NCBI GenBank assembly: GCA_965644265.1
Contig: OZ286471.1
Span: forward strand, 46,624,001-46,688,000
Direction of reading: 5' to 3'
Origin: Glycera tridactyla
Lineage: Eukaryota
DNA length: 64,000 nt
Program-made: the position numbers and the translations under genes
Shown here: piece by piece, positions 25,201 to 40,200 of the stretch
Numbering within the stretch: the stretch's first letter is position 1
How the letters are laid out: the number at the start of each line of letters is the position of its first letter
The notes under the pieces: generated by a model
What the model was told of the DNA's origin: nothing
The model's database searches: none
Seen by the model: the letters and a program-made list of their open reading frames with translations, nothing else

Positions 25201-28200
25201 TCTTCTGCACCGCCAACATCTTCTGTGACATCCACCTCATGTTTCACGCCAACAACTGGAGGCAATGCAGTGGACATGTCTCGCTGTTTCTTCCCATTTG
25301 ACTACAAAGGCAAAGAGTATACCTCCTGCACAACACGAGATCATTCTGGCACACCTTGGTGTTACACCACAGCAACATATGCTGTCGATCGTATCTGGGG
25401 AAATTGCATGGGTAAATTCCTCATTCACCTCTATATGAGCAAGTTGGTACATCGAGAGAATATGATTGAAAAGAGATTGCATGGTTTGTTTCTCCATGAT
25501 TTACCTTGCTGTAAATGATAATCATGTGGTCTCAAATATTTGACCTTAGGAACTCAACGTCGAGTTCTTCATTCACCATCAACAGAGTGTTTCAGTTGGT
25601 TTCCGAACTTTCAAACCGTGGATATATATACTGGTCTTTAGTATCTCTATGGAGTGATTGTCTATTAAGGCGTGATCAACTAAAATGATGATCAAATCAG
25701 GAGATATCAGTATCGACAAATATTCGATGTTGAAAATTGATAATATGTACCCAGGAATCTTCGATCATCTCAGCCCAGTTCACTGAAAACTAGGATTTGT
25801 AGCAAGATCCAAGATGTATCGAGAGACCAGAGGAGCACAAAAAGGAAGTAGAGTCCTGATTATTATTGTAACAACTATTGATCATATATTTCGCTAATTG
25901 GCTGTTCCTGGTTGGTTTCAGAGGAAGTCTGCTGCATTGGCACTCCCACTTATGGTGGTACTGCTGGGAACTCTGTGTGTGTATTCCCCTTCACATACAG
26001 GGGAACCACATTTGACAGCTGCACCACACGAGACAATGATGGGGTTCCCTGGTGTTACACGACAGAAGGAAACAGCAGACTTTGGGGGAACTGTTTAGGT
26101 ATCACTCTTTCTCACTTATACGGAAGTGTATTCCAGATCATGATGCATGCATTTTCCTACTGTCATTCAATCCTTGAACATACAAATGTCTCATCTGGAT
26201 GGGGTATTGCGTTAATGAGATTTCATCCGGACATGTTCCCTGGGTTGTCCTCGACTCGTCAGTTCATCAATGAGATGATTGACAGAATCGACCTCGATAT
26301 GTTCTTTGTCAGTTTTCTCTACTCAATCAGTGATCTAATGGTTTATTGACAGGAAATAAAGGTCGCGGTGTCTCAGTAGAATGGCAAGTCCTATTGTGAT
26401 TGGTGTTCTTTCTATCACCAGGATTTTTGGTGCTGAACGTTTCTTGTTCAAACCAGAATATATGTTCACTTCAGAACTTATTCAACCTGCAACAATGATA
26501 CTGGTGGATATCATGCTGTACTGTTGACAGAGCTTCTCATTCACTGAAGTTTGTTATGACCAATTGCAGCTGATCCATGTGCAACACTGATACCAGTAAG
26601 TACTACATCGCCATCCACACCACAATTCACCTCCGACCATACAACAAGTCTCACCACTGGCATGACCACCTCTGACTGCTTGATGACAACCTACGGTGGC
26701 ACAGCTGGCAATGCAGTTTGTTTCTTCCCGTTCCGCTACAGAAACAGGGTCTACACACAATGCACTTCTGTTGACAATGGCGGAGTTCCTTGGTGCTACA
26801 CCACTGAGACATATGCCACTGATCGCCTTTGGGGAAATTGCCGAGGTATTTATGTCATTATTCGATTTTGGTGATTGGTTCCGGTGCTTCAATCATGCAG
26901 ATGGTATTATGCTTTCTAATGGTTGGTGCGATCTGTTGAACAATCAATTAACACAACCACTCACCCATTCATATGATACTCAGATTTGAAACATGATATG
27001 CCACAAGCCGCATTTTCAAGATTGTCAGGATCGAGTCCATACCTCTCTTGCCATATGTCTGCATTATCGTACATTATCCAACCAGAACTACTTCCTATCC
27101 ATAATGGTGATTCATATAGAAAAATGCATATCTTACTATTGACACCCCCTCTAAGCATATTGTAATATCGAGATTGATGATTGACTTATAGGCTTAACAG
27201 GAAGTAGATGAATAATAGGGATCGGAAATCGGCCCTTTCCATCAATGGTTACAGCTTGTATTTGTTCATGCTGTCCACTTCTACTTTGTGGCATGTTCGC
27301 ATCAGGGACATATACATGATAGGGTTATTTGCTAATTGAAGTTTATTCATCTTGGTGTAAAGGATAGGGCCTGGGTCATGTCTCAATGATGCCAAGATCC
27401 CCTTTGGATATTAGAACTGTGTGTTGTTGGCTATAGATTGCCAATTCTCTCATTGAATCCTTCATATTTATCATGATTAAAACAAATCATCTTATAAGTT
27501 TGCATATCACCTGTCTGTTTTTGAATATCACCCCTAAGCATGACCTGGGCCTTTTGACTAATTGACCCTGTGGGATAGGTCATTTGATCATACAATATAT
27601 GGATATGTGCGGCGTAAGAGGCAATATATATGTTAGATTTGGACGTTTTAGTGATCGACCTCAAAAAATTAGTGATTCCTATGATGTCCATAGTGTGTCT
27701 AGAGGTGGAATCAAAGTTGAAGTGTATATATATATCTGCAGGGTAATTCTATTTAGGTTGGCCATTATTCGCTGCAGTAGCTAAGAGAGATAGCCACCCC
27801 ACTAGGATGTATTACTGATGTTGGATACAATCATTTCAGATTATTGTGGAACTCCTCCGACTACCCCTATTCCCATCTCCAGTTCAGAGTCACTAAGCAC
27901 TATATCAGATATCCAGATGACAACGTCTGATGGATGTATCATACCGACCACTGGAGGGACGGCTGGTATAGCATTCTGTGTGTTCCCGTTTGAGTATAAG
28001 GGTGTGCGCTACACCTCATGCACATCCAGGAACAACAATGGCGCCCCCTGGTGTTATACAACTACTGACTATGCAGTCGATCGATTGTGGGGAAACTGTG
28101 GAGGTATGACTTATTGCAACTGCCAACCACTCATATTGAGCTTGTTGGTTGGTGGAGGGTGCTAGCAGGATACGAGACTAGGAAGAATGCCATTGCTCAT

Positions 28201-31200
28201 ATCACCTCACCGCTTAACAAACATTCACTGTGCGGATCGAGTAATTTCATCGGTCTCAAGGTCGTTTGTGCGATTGCACCTCGATGTATTCATAGATAAT
28301 AATAACGAGGCCATTTCCAGTAATCCTGGATACATATAGTGAGATCTTTTCACGAATATAACCCCCATGCCAGTGAAGGGTTGTCGAATATCAACCAGGA
28401 GATCATCCAATCATCAGTTCGCTAATCGGTTTTTGCTTTATGTCCTTTAACTTGTCACCATGCTTCTACAGCACGCTAGGTGGAGGGCCAATAAATGAAG
28501 GATAAGCGTGGCAGTATCCATATAGAGGTGGACTCCCCATTCCTCTAACTTCACTGATGGTTCCGTGTCCCTTGAGAAAGCTGCATTGAACTGATTTGAA
28601 GCTTTAATTTTCACAGTTTTAATTTTGAAGAAGCCATCGCAGAGGAAGGCTGTAACTTTTGGATCAATGGTCCTGATTACACGAGCTCAAAATGGCTCGA
28701 AATGAGCTGTTTCCTGTGACTGCAATAAGACTATGCTTGAAAAGCTCAGAGATATCTTAAGTATATACTGGTGCCCTCACATCCCTAACATATATTGTAT
28801 TTGCTTGGTTGGTTGATTGTTTCACATCCCTTGGCACCATATTGAGACAGCCATACTAGGGGCATAGAAGGGAACAATATAGACTCTTCATTCTGAATCC
28901 TCAGCAGTAGGTGAAAATATTAATTGTATTTGGGTGAATTAGGTGACGTAAAGTACATGTATGAATAATCAATCATACTATTGACAGTGGTCAAGTGAAC
29001 AATGGTGCAAAGAACGAGCACTGGTTTGAATCCTTCTCTTGGTGTGCGAGCCTTATCATATTCGAGATTTATGAGAAGTTGGCTGAAATTTAGGACCTGG
29101 CCTTGGGCCCGGAATAAAGACTTTTTTGATCGGCCCTATATTTCATATAAAGTAAATATGTACGTATGGTCTAGCTTCGACGAATATTTGTTGTATACCA
29201 TAGCTTTCAACTACCAATACACAATATTGGTAAGAGAAATTCAGTGCCATAACCATCGTTGTCGATTATGAGTCTGACACATTTTGGTTGATCATTGTTT
29301 TTCCGACCTCAAAAAATATGTGGTTACTTCATGTCTTGGTCCCATGACATTGTTTTTGGTGCACATTCATTTCTAAGCATTAACTGCTAGAGGTTTCACG
29401 GTGGCTGATTGGTTAGGTTTCATGCTTCGCATGTAGAGAGACCAGGTTCGAATATTGATGGTTCAAGTTTGAGGTCTCCCCACATTGTTGGTTGTGTAGT
29501 AGGTACAACTTGAACTTTGTTTAGCTTGATGTCTCAAAATATCTCACTACTCTGCAGATAGAATGATGATTGCTATGGGAAATGGCTGCACATCAATAGC
29601 GATCAGGCGTATTGCGATTGGTGTCAAAATGCTACATAACCATGGCTTGTGGTGGTTGGTAGATAAACAGCTAATGTATGGTTGACGTGTGCCTTAGTTG
29701 GTTATAGAATATGGCTTATGTGAATTATCAAATGCGGTCTACAGGTAATCCAAGTACACAATCCATAGACCTTGTTTTATGCAAGACAGGTACAATCACC
29801 CTAACCTGGTATAATTGCCTGGTGGTAGCCGTGGAGTAAACATTCAGAAGTATGATTGCCTATATTAATAAATGGTATTAGGATGAAGAAATATGTAAAG
29901 CCGCTAGATCAATATAGCCATTTGACTGTTGTTTGCCAGTATTGTTTCTGAAAATAATGTATCTGATCACAACTCTTGATTCACAGATAGCCGTAAGTAA
30001 TTGGTTGGGAAAAATAGAACGTAAGGTCATAAATAATCTTCGCCCATCCCTGTATGCTGAAATTCCGAATCATGTTCTTACTCCATTGTCATTCAATCTC
30101 GTATCAATCGATCAGCAGGTGGTATATGTAGCATCTCCAGACATATGAACGTTGATATATTTTTACACTTGCCATCTGCTCCACCACAGACACACATTTA
30201 CCTACACATACTCCCGAACATATTTTTATAAGCGAACTTAATATTTCATTAATCATCAACAACGTTAGTCGTAACTCATTGCATGACTACTTGGCAAGCC
30301 ACCAAACAGCAAATGAATAATTCCCGTCGAAAATGATTTGGAGGTTGGTTTCATATGGAACAGTAAGCTGGTGAAGGGTCAGCAAACCAATTCAGAGTGA
30401 TGAGGGAATAGATGGTATGCATCACATGTATCTATCAATGCCCCGGGGTTGCTGGTGAAAGCTCACTTTCCAGGACTTTTTTACGACGTTCTGGACATCG
30501 ATCATGTATCTGAGATCCTCGTTGCAGAGAAGATATGTGGTAGTGTGCCTCCTTTCACCGGAACCACTACAGATAAGATGTCAACACTAACAACAAACCC
30601 ACTCTCGACGATGGATAGCACAAGCAGTATTCAGTCCACCGTTTCGACTACTACATCTTCAACGAGCCGGGTGCCCTCCACTGAGATCTCCTCTCCTGCC
30701 ACCACTGAAAGTGTGTGCTTCACACCTACTACGGGGGGAACTGCTGGGGAGTATTCACGCTGCAGCTTTCCATTTACATACAAAGGAAGTCTATATGCAG
30801 AATGCACAACTCGGAACAATGCAGGAGTACCATGGTGTTACACTGCGTCCACTCCAACGGCGTGGGGAAATTGTTTAGGTAATCCACCTGTTGAGAACCT
30901 TCATCTTGCCAGTATCTCATCCTCAACATATCGTAGATAGAGGTTCCAGCTCCATTGTGTTGTTTCTGACAGTAACAAAGCAGTGAAGTTTATTTCCCCG
31001 ATGTGGTGATGCGAGAAGTTCGGATTCGAGTGATATCAATCACATTCCGATCTATAAAACCTGCTGGGACACCAGGATCAGGGTCCCCGGGACCCGGCAA
31101 TCTGATGCTTGGGTGATCTTGATACGAGGGCAACATTCCTGAGCACTCGCTTATATTAGTCTGAAATCTTCGACAGAATTGTCTGTCAGCCCGGGACAGA

Positions 31201-34200
31201 GAATTATTACTACTCGCAAAGACCACATATTAATGCATGTGTCTTCTCCAAACCTTTTTCATGATATAAGTCATCGTTCATATTTTTAAAAAAAAACATG
31301 GTCAAACAGGCTTGAACATTATCATCCTACTATGTGGTTCTTGGTCGAAACATTTGTAATATTATCACAGCAAAAATCTGAAACCAAATATAGGAGGCTC
31401 AAAACTATAATCATTGAGGTTGATCTCATACATGTTGGTTTGATAAATATAAGAGTGAAGTAAGCCCACGTCGCTGAAGAGTGCTCCTGCTCTTTTCAGA
31501 TGAGGTATGCTGTCTTGGAACACCCACTACTGGTGGGACCGCTGGAGAGTCTTTCTGCATTTTCCCATTCACTTATGAAGGAGTAACTTATGATGAATGC
31601 ACGATGAGGGACAATGGCGGAATTCTCTGGTGCTACACAACGGAGGGCCGAAATCCACTTTGGGGCAACTGTCTAGGTATACACCCTGTGATGTAATATG
31701 TATTTTTCTCCACGAAAGGAGCTCGGGCGCATGGTTCGATTCTAACATTCAGTTTTTCATTTCACAAGAAACTGCGTTCACATCATTCGCAGTGAGAGTT
31801 TCGGATTCAGGGAAGATGTGGCAAATTCGATACCACCATCACTGAGAATGAGCAAAAAAAACGAGTGGCTAAAAGAGTGGAGTGTTGTCATATACCAGTC
31901 AACCGCTGACATGTTTCAGCAAACTGACTGGCCAACAGAACAATCAGCTTTCAAAGTGATCGGCAGAATGATTGACTGTTTGAAAAAAATTCATCAACTC
32001 TCCTGGGGAGGAAGGTAGACCATATCGTCCTCATTCGAGCGAATTTATATTCGATACATGTGGATACAAAATGTAGTGAAAGAGAAAACATGAAAAGGAA
32101 ACTGATCGGAGCCTTGGATATGCTGACATCAGATAAGGTTGATGCCTGCCATACATATTGTGGACATTNNNNNNNNNNNNNNNNNNNNNNNNNNNNNNNN
32201 NNNNNNNNNNNNNNNNNNNNNNNNNNNNNNNNNNNNNNNNNNNNNNNNNNNNNNNNNNNNNNNNNNNNNNNNNNNNNNNNNNNNNNNNNNNNNNNNNNNN
32301 NNNNNNNNNNNNNNNNNNNNNNNNNNNNNNNNNNNNNNNATTGACTAAAACATTGACTGACTGATTGTCTGACTGCATGACCTGTCCTGTTATAGCTACT
32401 GGAAATATATACTCATAAACCTTCTTGCTTCATGGAGGACGTCTTGACATTCCTAACAATATGTGACCACCTTTCAGAGGACCCCTGCGCCATATTCAAA
32501 CCTGGCTCAATTGGTACTACAACATCTACCACAGAATCTCAGGTCACATCAACGGTGCGTTCAACCATGTCTTCAAGCATACCTTCAACTCTCATAGGTG
32601 CATCCACATTGAAAACTTCATCAGTCGTTCCCACAACGACAGCACCTAGCAATTGTTATACACCAACTACTGGTGGAACGGATGGCATATCTGTGTGTGT
32701 CTTCCCCTTCACATACAAGGGCACAGTATATACTGAATGTGCAACACGGGATAATGCAGGGAGACCATGGTGCTATACAACGCAAACTCCGAGGATTGAT
32801 CACCTATGGGGAAACTGTGAAGGTAGATAACCTCAGTTCTGCTACATAACACCCACGCACATTGCTCGCAGCCTCAACATAATGCTTACTGGACCTCCAT
32901 CATGTAAAATCGATGCACGAGGCTAATGTGTTCTCCATTGATGTTTTCGTACCGGTGATGGTAGTTTTTCTCCTCACACATGTTAACTTTGTCAAACTTT
33001 ATCTCTCCAACACCAGGATACAATGTATCATCTGCCATGGGAACTTCATTACATGTCGTTGACCAGATGACCGTATATCGCCAACACAATCAACCACGCC
33101 AGTCCTGTTGACTTTAGAAATATTCATTTCAATTGATGTTGTAGAGAAAAGGTTATGGCACACAATTCTCCTCCAGGAATGCATATTGCACTATCTGCAT
33201 GCCAATGTGAGATCATTTGCATATCACCTGAATTGTAATAACGTTGCAGTCTGGTCAACGTTTGGGAAAATCTGACACATTTAACATCTGTTCTATGAAC
33301 CCCATCATTAGGGCCAATTCTTCAAGCAACATACATGTATTCTCTGGTCATAATACTGACCGGGGGGGGGGGGGGGTTGTGACAATAAACTGCGGATCTG
33401 CAATTTCACTGAAGTCTGTGATTTCAAAGGTTCAGCATACCCTGCTTTTACTGACATTTTCAATTCAAAATCATAGTTGTGTTGGTATACACAAAGTAGT
33501 CCCGTGGACAAAAGGTTTTGCTGTTGGTGAAGGGAGGCTGGTGGCATTTTATTTTTGAAGTACATGTAGTTCCATCGTTTTCTTATTCGGCATTACATTT
33601 TTTCGAATTTTATCACTAACTTGTGATCAATATCACATTTCTTGCCAATTTTAGAAAGGTGTGTATTGTATCACAGAATCTTATGAGATGTATCATGTTG
33701 CGAATCCTGAGTGGATCATTCCATCTTTAGATTATGTATTTCATTGGTAGCATCGTAATTCAAACAAAAGTGAATCCTAGATTTGACAACATTAACTTCA
33801 ACCTAGCAAGGGATTCAGCATTTGTGTGGCATAGCTCGGAATGGTGAGAGTTGCCCTTCTTGGGAGGAGTTCTGTCATTCTTGTTGTAGCTCTCATTCCT
33901 TCATACACCTAAGAAGTGATAACCTACTACTTGTTTTGTGAGGCTTCTGCCTTACAATTATTCTGCAAAGGCTAGCCGGGCATGTCACTTTGGTTGATGA
34001 TATCAATTCGGAAAAGAGAGTGAAGAATGATCATGAACTATGCACAATATGATTTGATAGAGTGCATTGCGATCAGTATTCTGTAGTACTTAATGATTCC
34101 TCCTAAAACAATATTGGGCCTATACTTTAGGTGATCCGTAGCATTTTGCCTTGTGCTTAATATGCAATTGAGAACGATGCACATGCATTGGCACCTTGTA

Positions 34201-37200
34201 TGGATCTCATCCCTATTAGCTCAAGTCTATATGCAAAAGCGAACTATGTGATTAACAAACCTGTGCCACAACTATCACCCTTGTCGCGAACATGAGAAAC
34301 TCAACTTTTGCCTGACATATAATATGCAATCGATAACAATGCTACCAAAGTGGCGTTTTCGTTTCGAGTCACATGTTGGACTATTTCACCCTTATATAAC
34401 CTGCTTTTAAACATTTTTGTGTGACTGGCGTTGGGTTTTACGTCTTGAAGTAGTGTTCTATAATTGCTGCATTAAATGTAGCGAGTTTGTGAGTGAGGCT
34501 CATGTAGTACATTCAGCGATAGCTTTTATCACTTTTCCGAGTGATAGGTCGAGCTCAGTGATTTCCCGACCCTGATATCAATTGACTTGTATTGTACGAC
34601 ATTCAAGATTCAATGATCTGTTATATATCACATTTGTTCAGTCCACCTGAATGACTCCTTTAGGGATTGATAATCATATAATCCTATCAATAACAAGTAA
34701 TAAGATTGACAGAAATAAATACTAGTAAGGAGCTCTTCAGCGCCCATTTTTTTCATCGAATTCGAGATTGTCTCGCAGAATCACAGATTATATATCATAA
34801 TTTCAGATATCATGAATGGTTGAGAAATCTTCCAGGTATTGAGAACTGCAGCCTCTCATGCCATGACTAGGACCTTGCAATTAATTTAGGTGAGAATATG
34901 GGAAGCCCATTCAAATTCACAAAGACGGTTCATCAACCGAGTTAGCCATGGCAAGTGTTAATGAAGGATTGGGCATCCTATGGAGTGAGGTGACAGATCG
35001 TGTGACATTTTGTATTCTCTAGGCTCTCAAGTACAATCCATATATAGGAATATCCAACTGAAACTCACCCATCATTTGATTTAGCAGCAATTCTGGATTC
35101 TTCTCGATAGTTTGTTTCACAGTAAAGAGAAAAACAAAGTGCAATTAGTTTTTTTCTGTCCATAAATGACTATCTAACTCGATTACAGTGGAGGTATGCG
35201 GCACAATAAGCACAGTGACGGGATTGACTGAACAAACTACAAGTCCATTGTCTACCGGACAATCAACGGGTACATCATCATCAACTACCAGCGTCCTCTC
35301 CACCACGATTGATCCAGATACCATTTGCTATACTTTGACATCGGGTGGTAAGGCGGACGATGGCTCCATATGCATCTTTCCATTCACATATAAGGGGACT
35401 ATATATACAGGTTGTACCACCCAAGATAATGGCGGCATCCCATGGTGCTACACAACTTCTACACCAGAGACTGATCATATCTGGGGAAATTGCCAAGGTA
35501 ACTTGAATGAACAAGGCCACCATGTCTATCCTCAATGTTTTATATAGCACATGTATGGACTCCATGATAATTTCGATTGATGTCCCAGATATGATGCAAT
35601 ACATCACAACCTGGTTCAATTGAGCCAGGGAAGATGAGTCTTCAATTCATTAAAAAGAGCAACAATTGCCATATTTTGATGTACTGGGGGTGATGATAGG
35701 TATACGATTTTCAGGCTGTACCATAGGCTTCTTAACTATCGAAATAGGATACAGAAATATTCATCAACAATGTGTAATTGCTCTGGAATTTCCATTTCTG
35801 CACTGATTTGATCCGAATGCTTTATCCAGGCTCTGCGAGATTCATGCTTGCAGGAAATATCGATTCAGTCTCTCATAGTTCTGGAACATAGCATACATAC
35901 CTCAACCTCAAACATACATACCACAACCTCAAACATTAGTATACAACAACAGACCACCTATCCCCAGGTTTGATGTTTCAGAGCAGGTGTGCTGTTTTGG
36001 TATTCCCACAAGTGGTGGCACGGCAGGAGGCGATTACTGCTTGTTCCCATTCTTCTACAGAGGAACTGAGTATGAGGAGTGTACAACGCGGGACAATAGT
36101 GGAGTCCCATGGTGCTATACTTCAGTTGGCCCTAATGAACTTTGGGGGAATTGTCTCGGTACATATCTTCCTCTATTCTTACTAACACCTGGATGTTCAC
36201 TTGATGAAAAATAGGGAAGTGAATTCTTTATGTGATCCTGGTGTTGAAAATATAATAGGTCTGGTGTTAGGCAGCAGTTTTGAAAGTTTTCATGGTGACT
36301 GAGAGGTAGTCGACCCAGAGTATTCTCTTTGGTTTTAACGATCGAATGTCCTGTACGGCATGACATATGCAATGTTTGGAAATTCTTGTCTTGGTACTCT
36401 CGTATATGTTTGAACTAGTGTCGCTGATGAATCTAGTGAGTTGGAATGTGATCCATACAGCAGATTGACTACATAAGCAGAGATGAGATGAACGACCTAC
36501 TTTTCATGCTCAGACGGCCCACGGTTCAATTGCTACAATCCATACATATGTCTTGAAAGGTGTTCAATTCGAAACCCATATGGGTGATATTGAAATGTCT
36601 GCTATACACGTTGGCAGTGATAGGATCCCCTTTGGAATGTATGGGGAGGCGCTGATGAATACATACCCTACTCGAGTATTGAGTGTGATTAATCTATTTC
36701 AATTTCGCGCCAATGCCTGAGACTCGCCCATCAATTCATTGCGTTGACACAGGTTGACAGACAATTAGTCTCAAGGGAGAGATCGTTAGGTGAAACCTGT
36801 CCTGTTATAGCTACTGGAAATATATACTCATAAACCTTCTTGCTTCATGGAGGACGTCTTGACATTCCTAACAATATGTGACCACCTTTCAGAGGACCCC
36901 TGCGCCATATTCAAACCTGGCTCAATTGGTACTACAACATCTACCACAGAATCTCAGGTCACATCAACGGTGCGTTCAACCATGTCTTCAAGCATACCTT
37001 CAACTCTCATAGGTGCATCCACATTGAAAACTTCATCAGTCGTTCCCACAACGACAGCACCTAGCAATTGTTATACACCAACTACTGGTGGAACGGATGG
37101 CATATCTGTGTGTGTCTTCCCCTTCACATACAAGGGCACAGTATATACTGAATGTGCAACACGGGATAATGCAGGGAGACCATGGTGCTATACAACGCAA

Positions 37201-40200
37201 ACTCCGAGGATTGATCACCTATGGGGAAACTGTGAAGGTAGATAACCTCAGTTCTGCTACATAACACCCACGCACATTGCTCGCAGCCTCAACATAATGC
37301 TTACTGGACCTCCATCATGTAAAATCGATGCACGAGGCTAATGTGTTCTCCATTGATGTTTTCGTACCGGTGATGGTAGTTTTTCTCCTCACACATGTTA
37401 ACTTTGTCAAACTTTATCTCTCCAACACCAGGATAAAATGTATCATCTGCCATGGGAACTTCATTACATGTCATTGACCAGATGACCGTATATCGCCAAC
37501 ACAACCAACCATGCCAGTCCTGTTGACCTTAGAAATATTCATTTCAATTGATGTTGTCGAGAAAAGGTATTGGCACACAATTCTCCTCCAGGAATGCATA
37601 TTGCACTATCTGCATGCCAATGTGAGATCATTTGCATATCACCTGAATTGTAATAACGTTGCAGTCTGGTCAACGTTTGGGAAAATCTGACACATTTAAC
37701 ATCTGTTCGATGAACGCCATCATTAAGGCCAATTCTTCAAGCAACATACATGTATTCTCCGGTCATGATACTGACCGGGGGGGGGGGGGGGGGGGGGGTG
37801 ACAATAAACTGCGGATCTGCAATTTCACTGAAGTCTGTGATTTCAAAGGTTCAGCATACCCTGCTTTTACTAATATTTTCAATTCAGAATCATAGTTGTG
37901 TTGGTATACACAAAGTAGTCCCGTGGACAAAAGGTTTTGCTGTTGGTGAAGGGAGGCTGGTGGCATTTCATCTTTGAAGTAGTTCCATCATTTTCTTATT
38001 CGGCATTACATTTTTCGAATTTTATCACTAACTTGTGATCAATATCACATTTCTTGCCAATTTTCAAAAGGTGTGTATTGTATCACAGAATCTTATGAGG
38101 TGTATCATGTTGCAAATCCTGAGTGGATCATTCCATCTTTAGATTATGTATTTCATCGGTCGCATCGTAATTCAAACAAATGTGAATCCTAGATTTGACA
38201 ACATTAACTTCAACCTAGCAAGGGATTCAGCATTTGTGTGGCATCGCTCGAAATGGTGAGAGTCACCCTTCTGGGGAGGAGTTCTGTCATTCTTGTTGTA
38301 GCTCTCATTCCTTCATACACCTAAGAAGTGATAACCTACTACTTGTTTGGTGAGGCTTCTGCCTTACAATTTTCCTGCAAAGGCTAGCCGGGCATGTCAC
38401 TTTGGTTGATGATATCAATTCGGAAAAGTGAGTGAAGAATGATCATGAACTATGCACAATATGATTTGATGGAGTGCATTGCGATCAGTATTCTCTAGTA
38501 CTTAATGATTCCTCCTAAAACAATATTGGGCCTATACTTTGGGTGATCTGTAGCATTTTGTCTTGTGCCTAATATGCAATTGAAAACGATGCACATGAAT
38601 TGGCACCTTGTATGGATCTCATCCCTATTAACTCAAGTCTATTTGCAAAAGCAAACTATGTGATCAACAAACCTGTGCCACAACTATCACCCTATTCACG
38701 AACATGAGAAACTCAACTTTTGCCTGAGATATAACATGCGATTGATAACAATGCTACCAAAGTGGCGTTTCTGTTTGGAGTCACATGTTGGACTATTTCA
38801 CGCTTATATAACCCGCTTTTAAACATTTTTGTGTGACTGGCGTTGGGTTTTACGTCTTGAAGTAGTGTTCTATAATCGCTGCATTAAATGTAGCGAGTTT
38901 GTGAGTGAGGCTCATGTAGTACATTCAGCGATAGCTTTTATCACTTTTCCAAGTGACAGGTCGAGCTCAGTGATTTCCCGACCCTGATATCAATTGACTT
39001 GTATTGTACGACATTCAAGATACAATGATCTGTTATATATCACATTTGTTCAGTCCACCCGAATGACTCCTTTAGGGATTGATGATCATATAATCCTATC
39101 AATAACAAGTAATAAGATTGACAGAAATAAATACTAGTAAAGAGCTCTTTAGCGCCCATTTTTTTCATCGAGTTCGAGATGGTCTCGCAGAATCACAGAT
39201 TATATATCATAATTTCAGATATCATGAATGGTTGAGAAATCTTCCAGGTATTGAGAACTGCAGCCTCTCATGCCATGACTAGGACCTTGCAATTAATTTA
39301 GGTGAGAATATGGGAAGCCCATTCAAATTCACAAAGACGGTTCATCAACCGAGTTAGCCATGGCAAGTGTTAATGAAGGATTGGGCATCCTATGGAGTGA
39401 GGTGACAGATCGTATGACATTTTGTATTCTCTAGGCTCTCAAGTACAATCCATATATAGGAATATCCAACTGAAACTCACCCATCATTTGATTCAGCAGC
39501 AATTCTTGATTCTTCTCGATAGTTTGTTTCACAGTAAAGAGAAAAACAAAGTGCAATTAGTTTTTTTCTGTCCATAAATGACTATCTAACTCGATTACAG
39601 TGGAGGTATGCGGCACAATAAGCACAGTGACGGGATTGACTGAACAAACTACAAGTCCATTGTCTACCGGACAATCAACGAGTACATCATCATCAACTAC
39701 CAGCGTCCTCTCCACCACGATTGATCCAGATACCATTTGCTATACTTTGACTTCGGGTGGTAAGGCGGACGATGGCTCCATATGCATCTTTCCATTCACA
39801 TATAAGGGGACTATATATACAGGTTGTACCACCCAAGATAATGGCGGCGTCCCATGGTGCTACACAACTTCTACACCAGAGACTGATCATATCTGGGGAA
39901 ATTGCCAAGGTAACTTGAATGAACAAGGCCACCATGTCTATCCTCAATGTTTTATATAGCACATGTATGGACTCCATGATAATTTTGATTGATGTCCCAG
40001 ATATGATGCAATACATCACAACCTGGTTCAATTGAGCCAGGGAAGATGAGTCTTTAATTCATTAAAAAGAGCAACAATTGCCATATTTTGATGTACTGGG
40101 GGTGATGATAGGTATACGATTTTCAGGCTGTACCATAGGCTTCTTAACTATCGAAATAGGATACAGAAATATTCATCAACAATGTGTAATTGCTCTGGAA

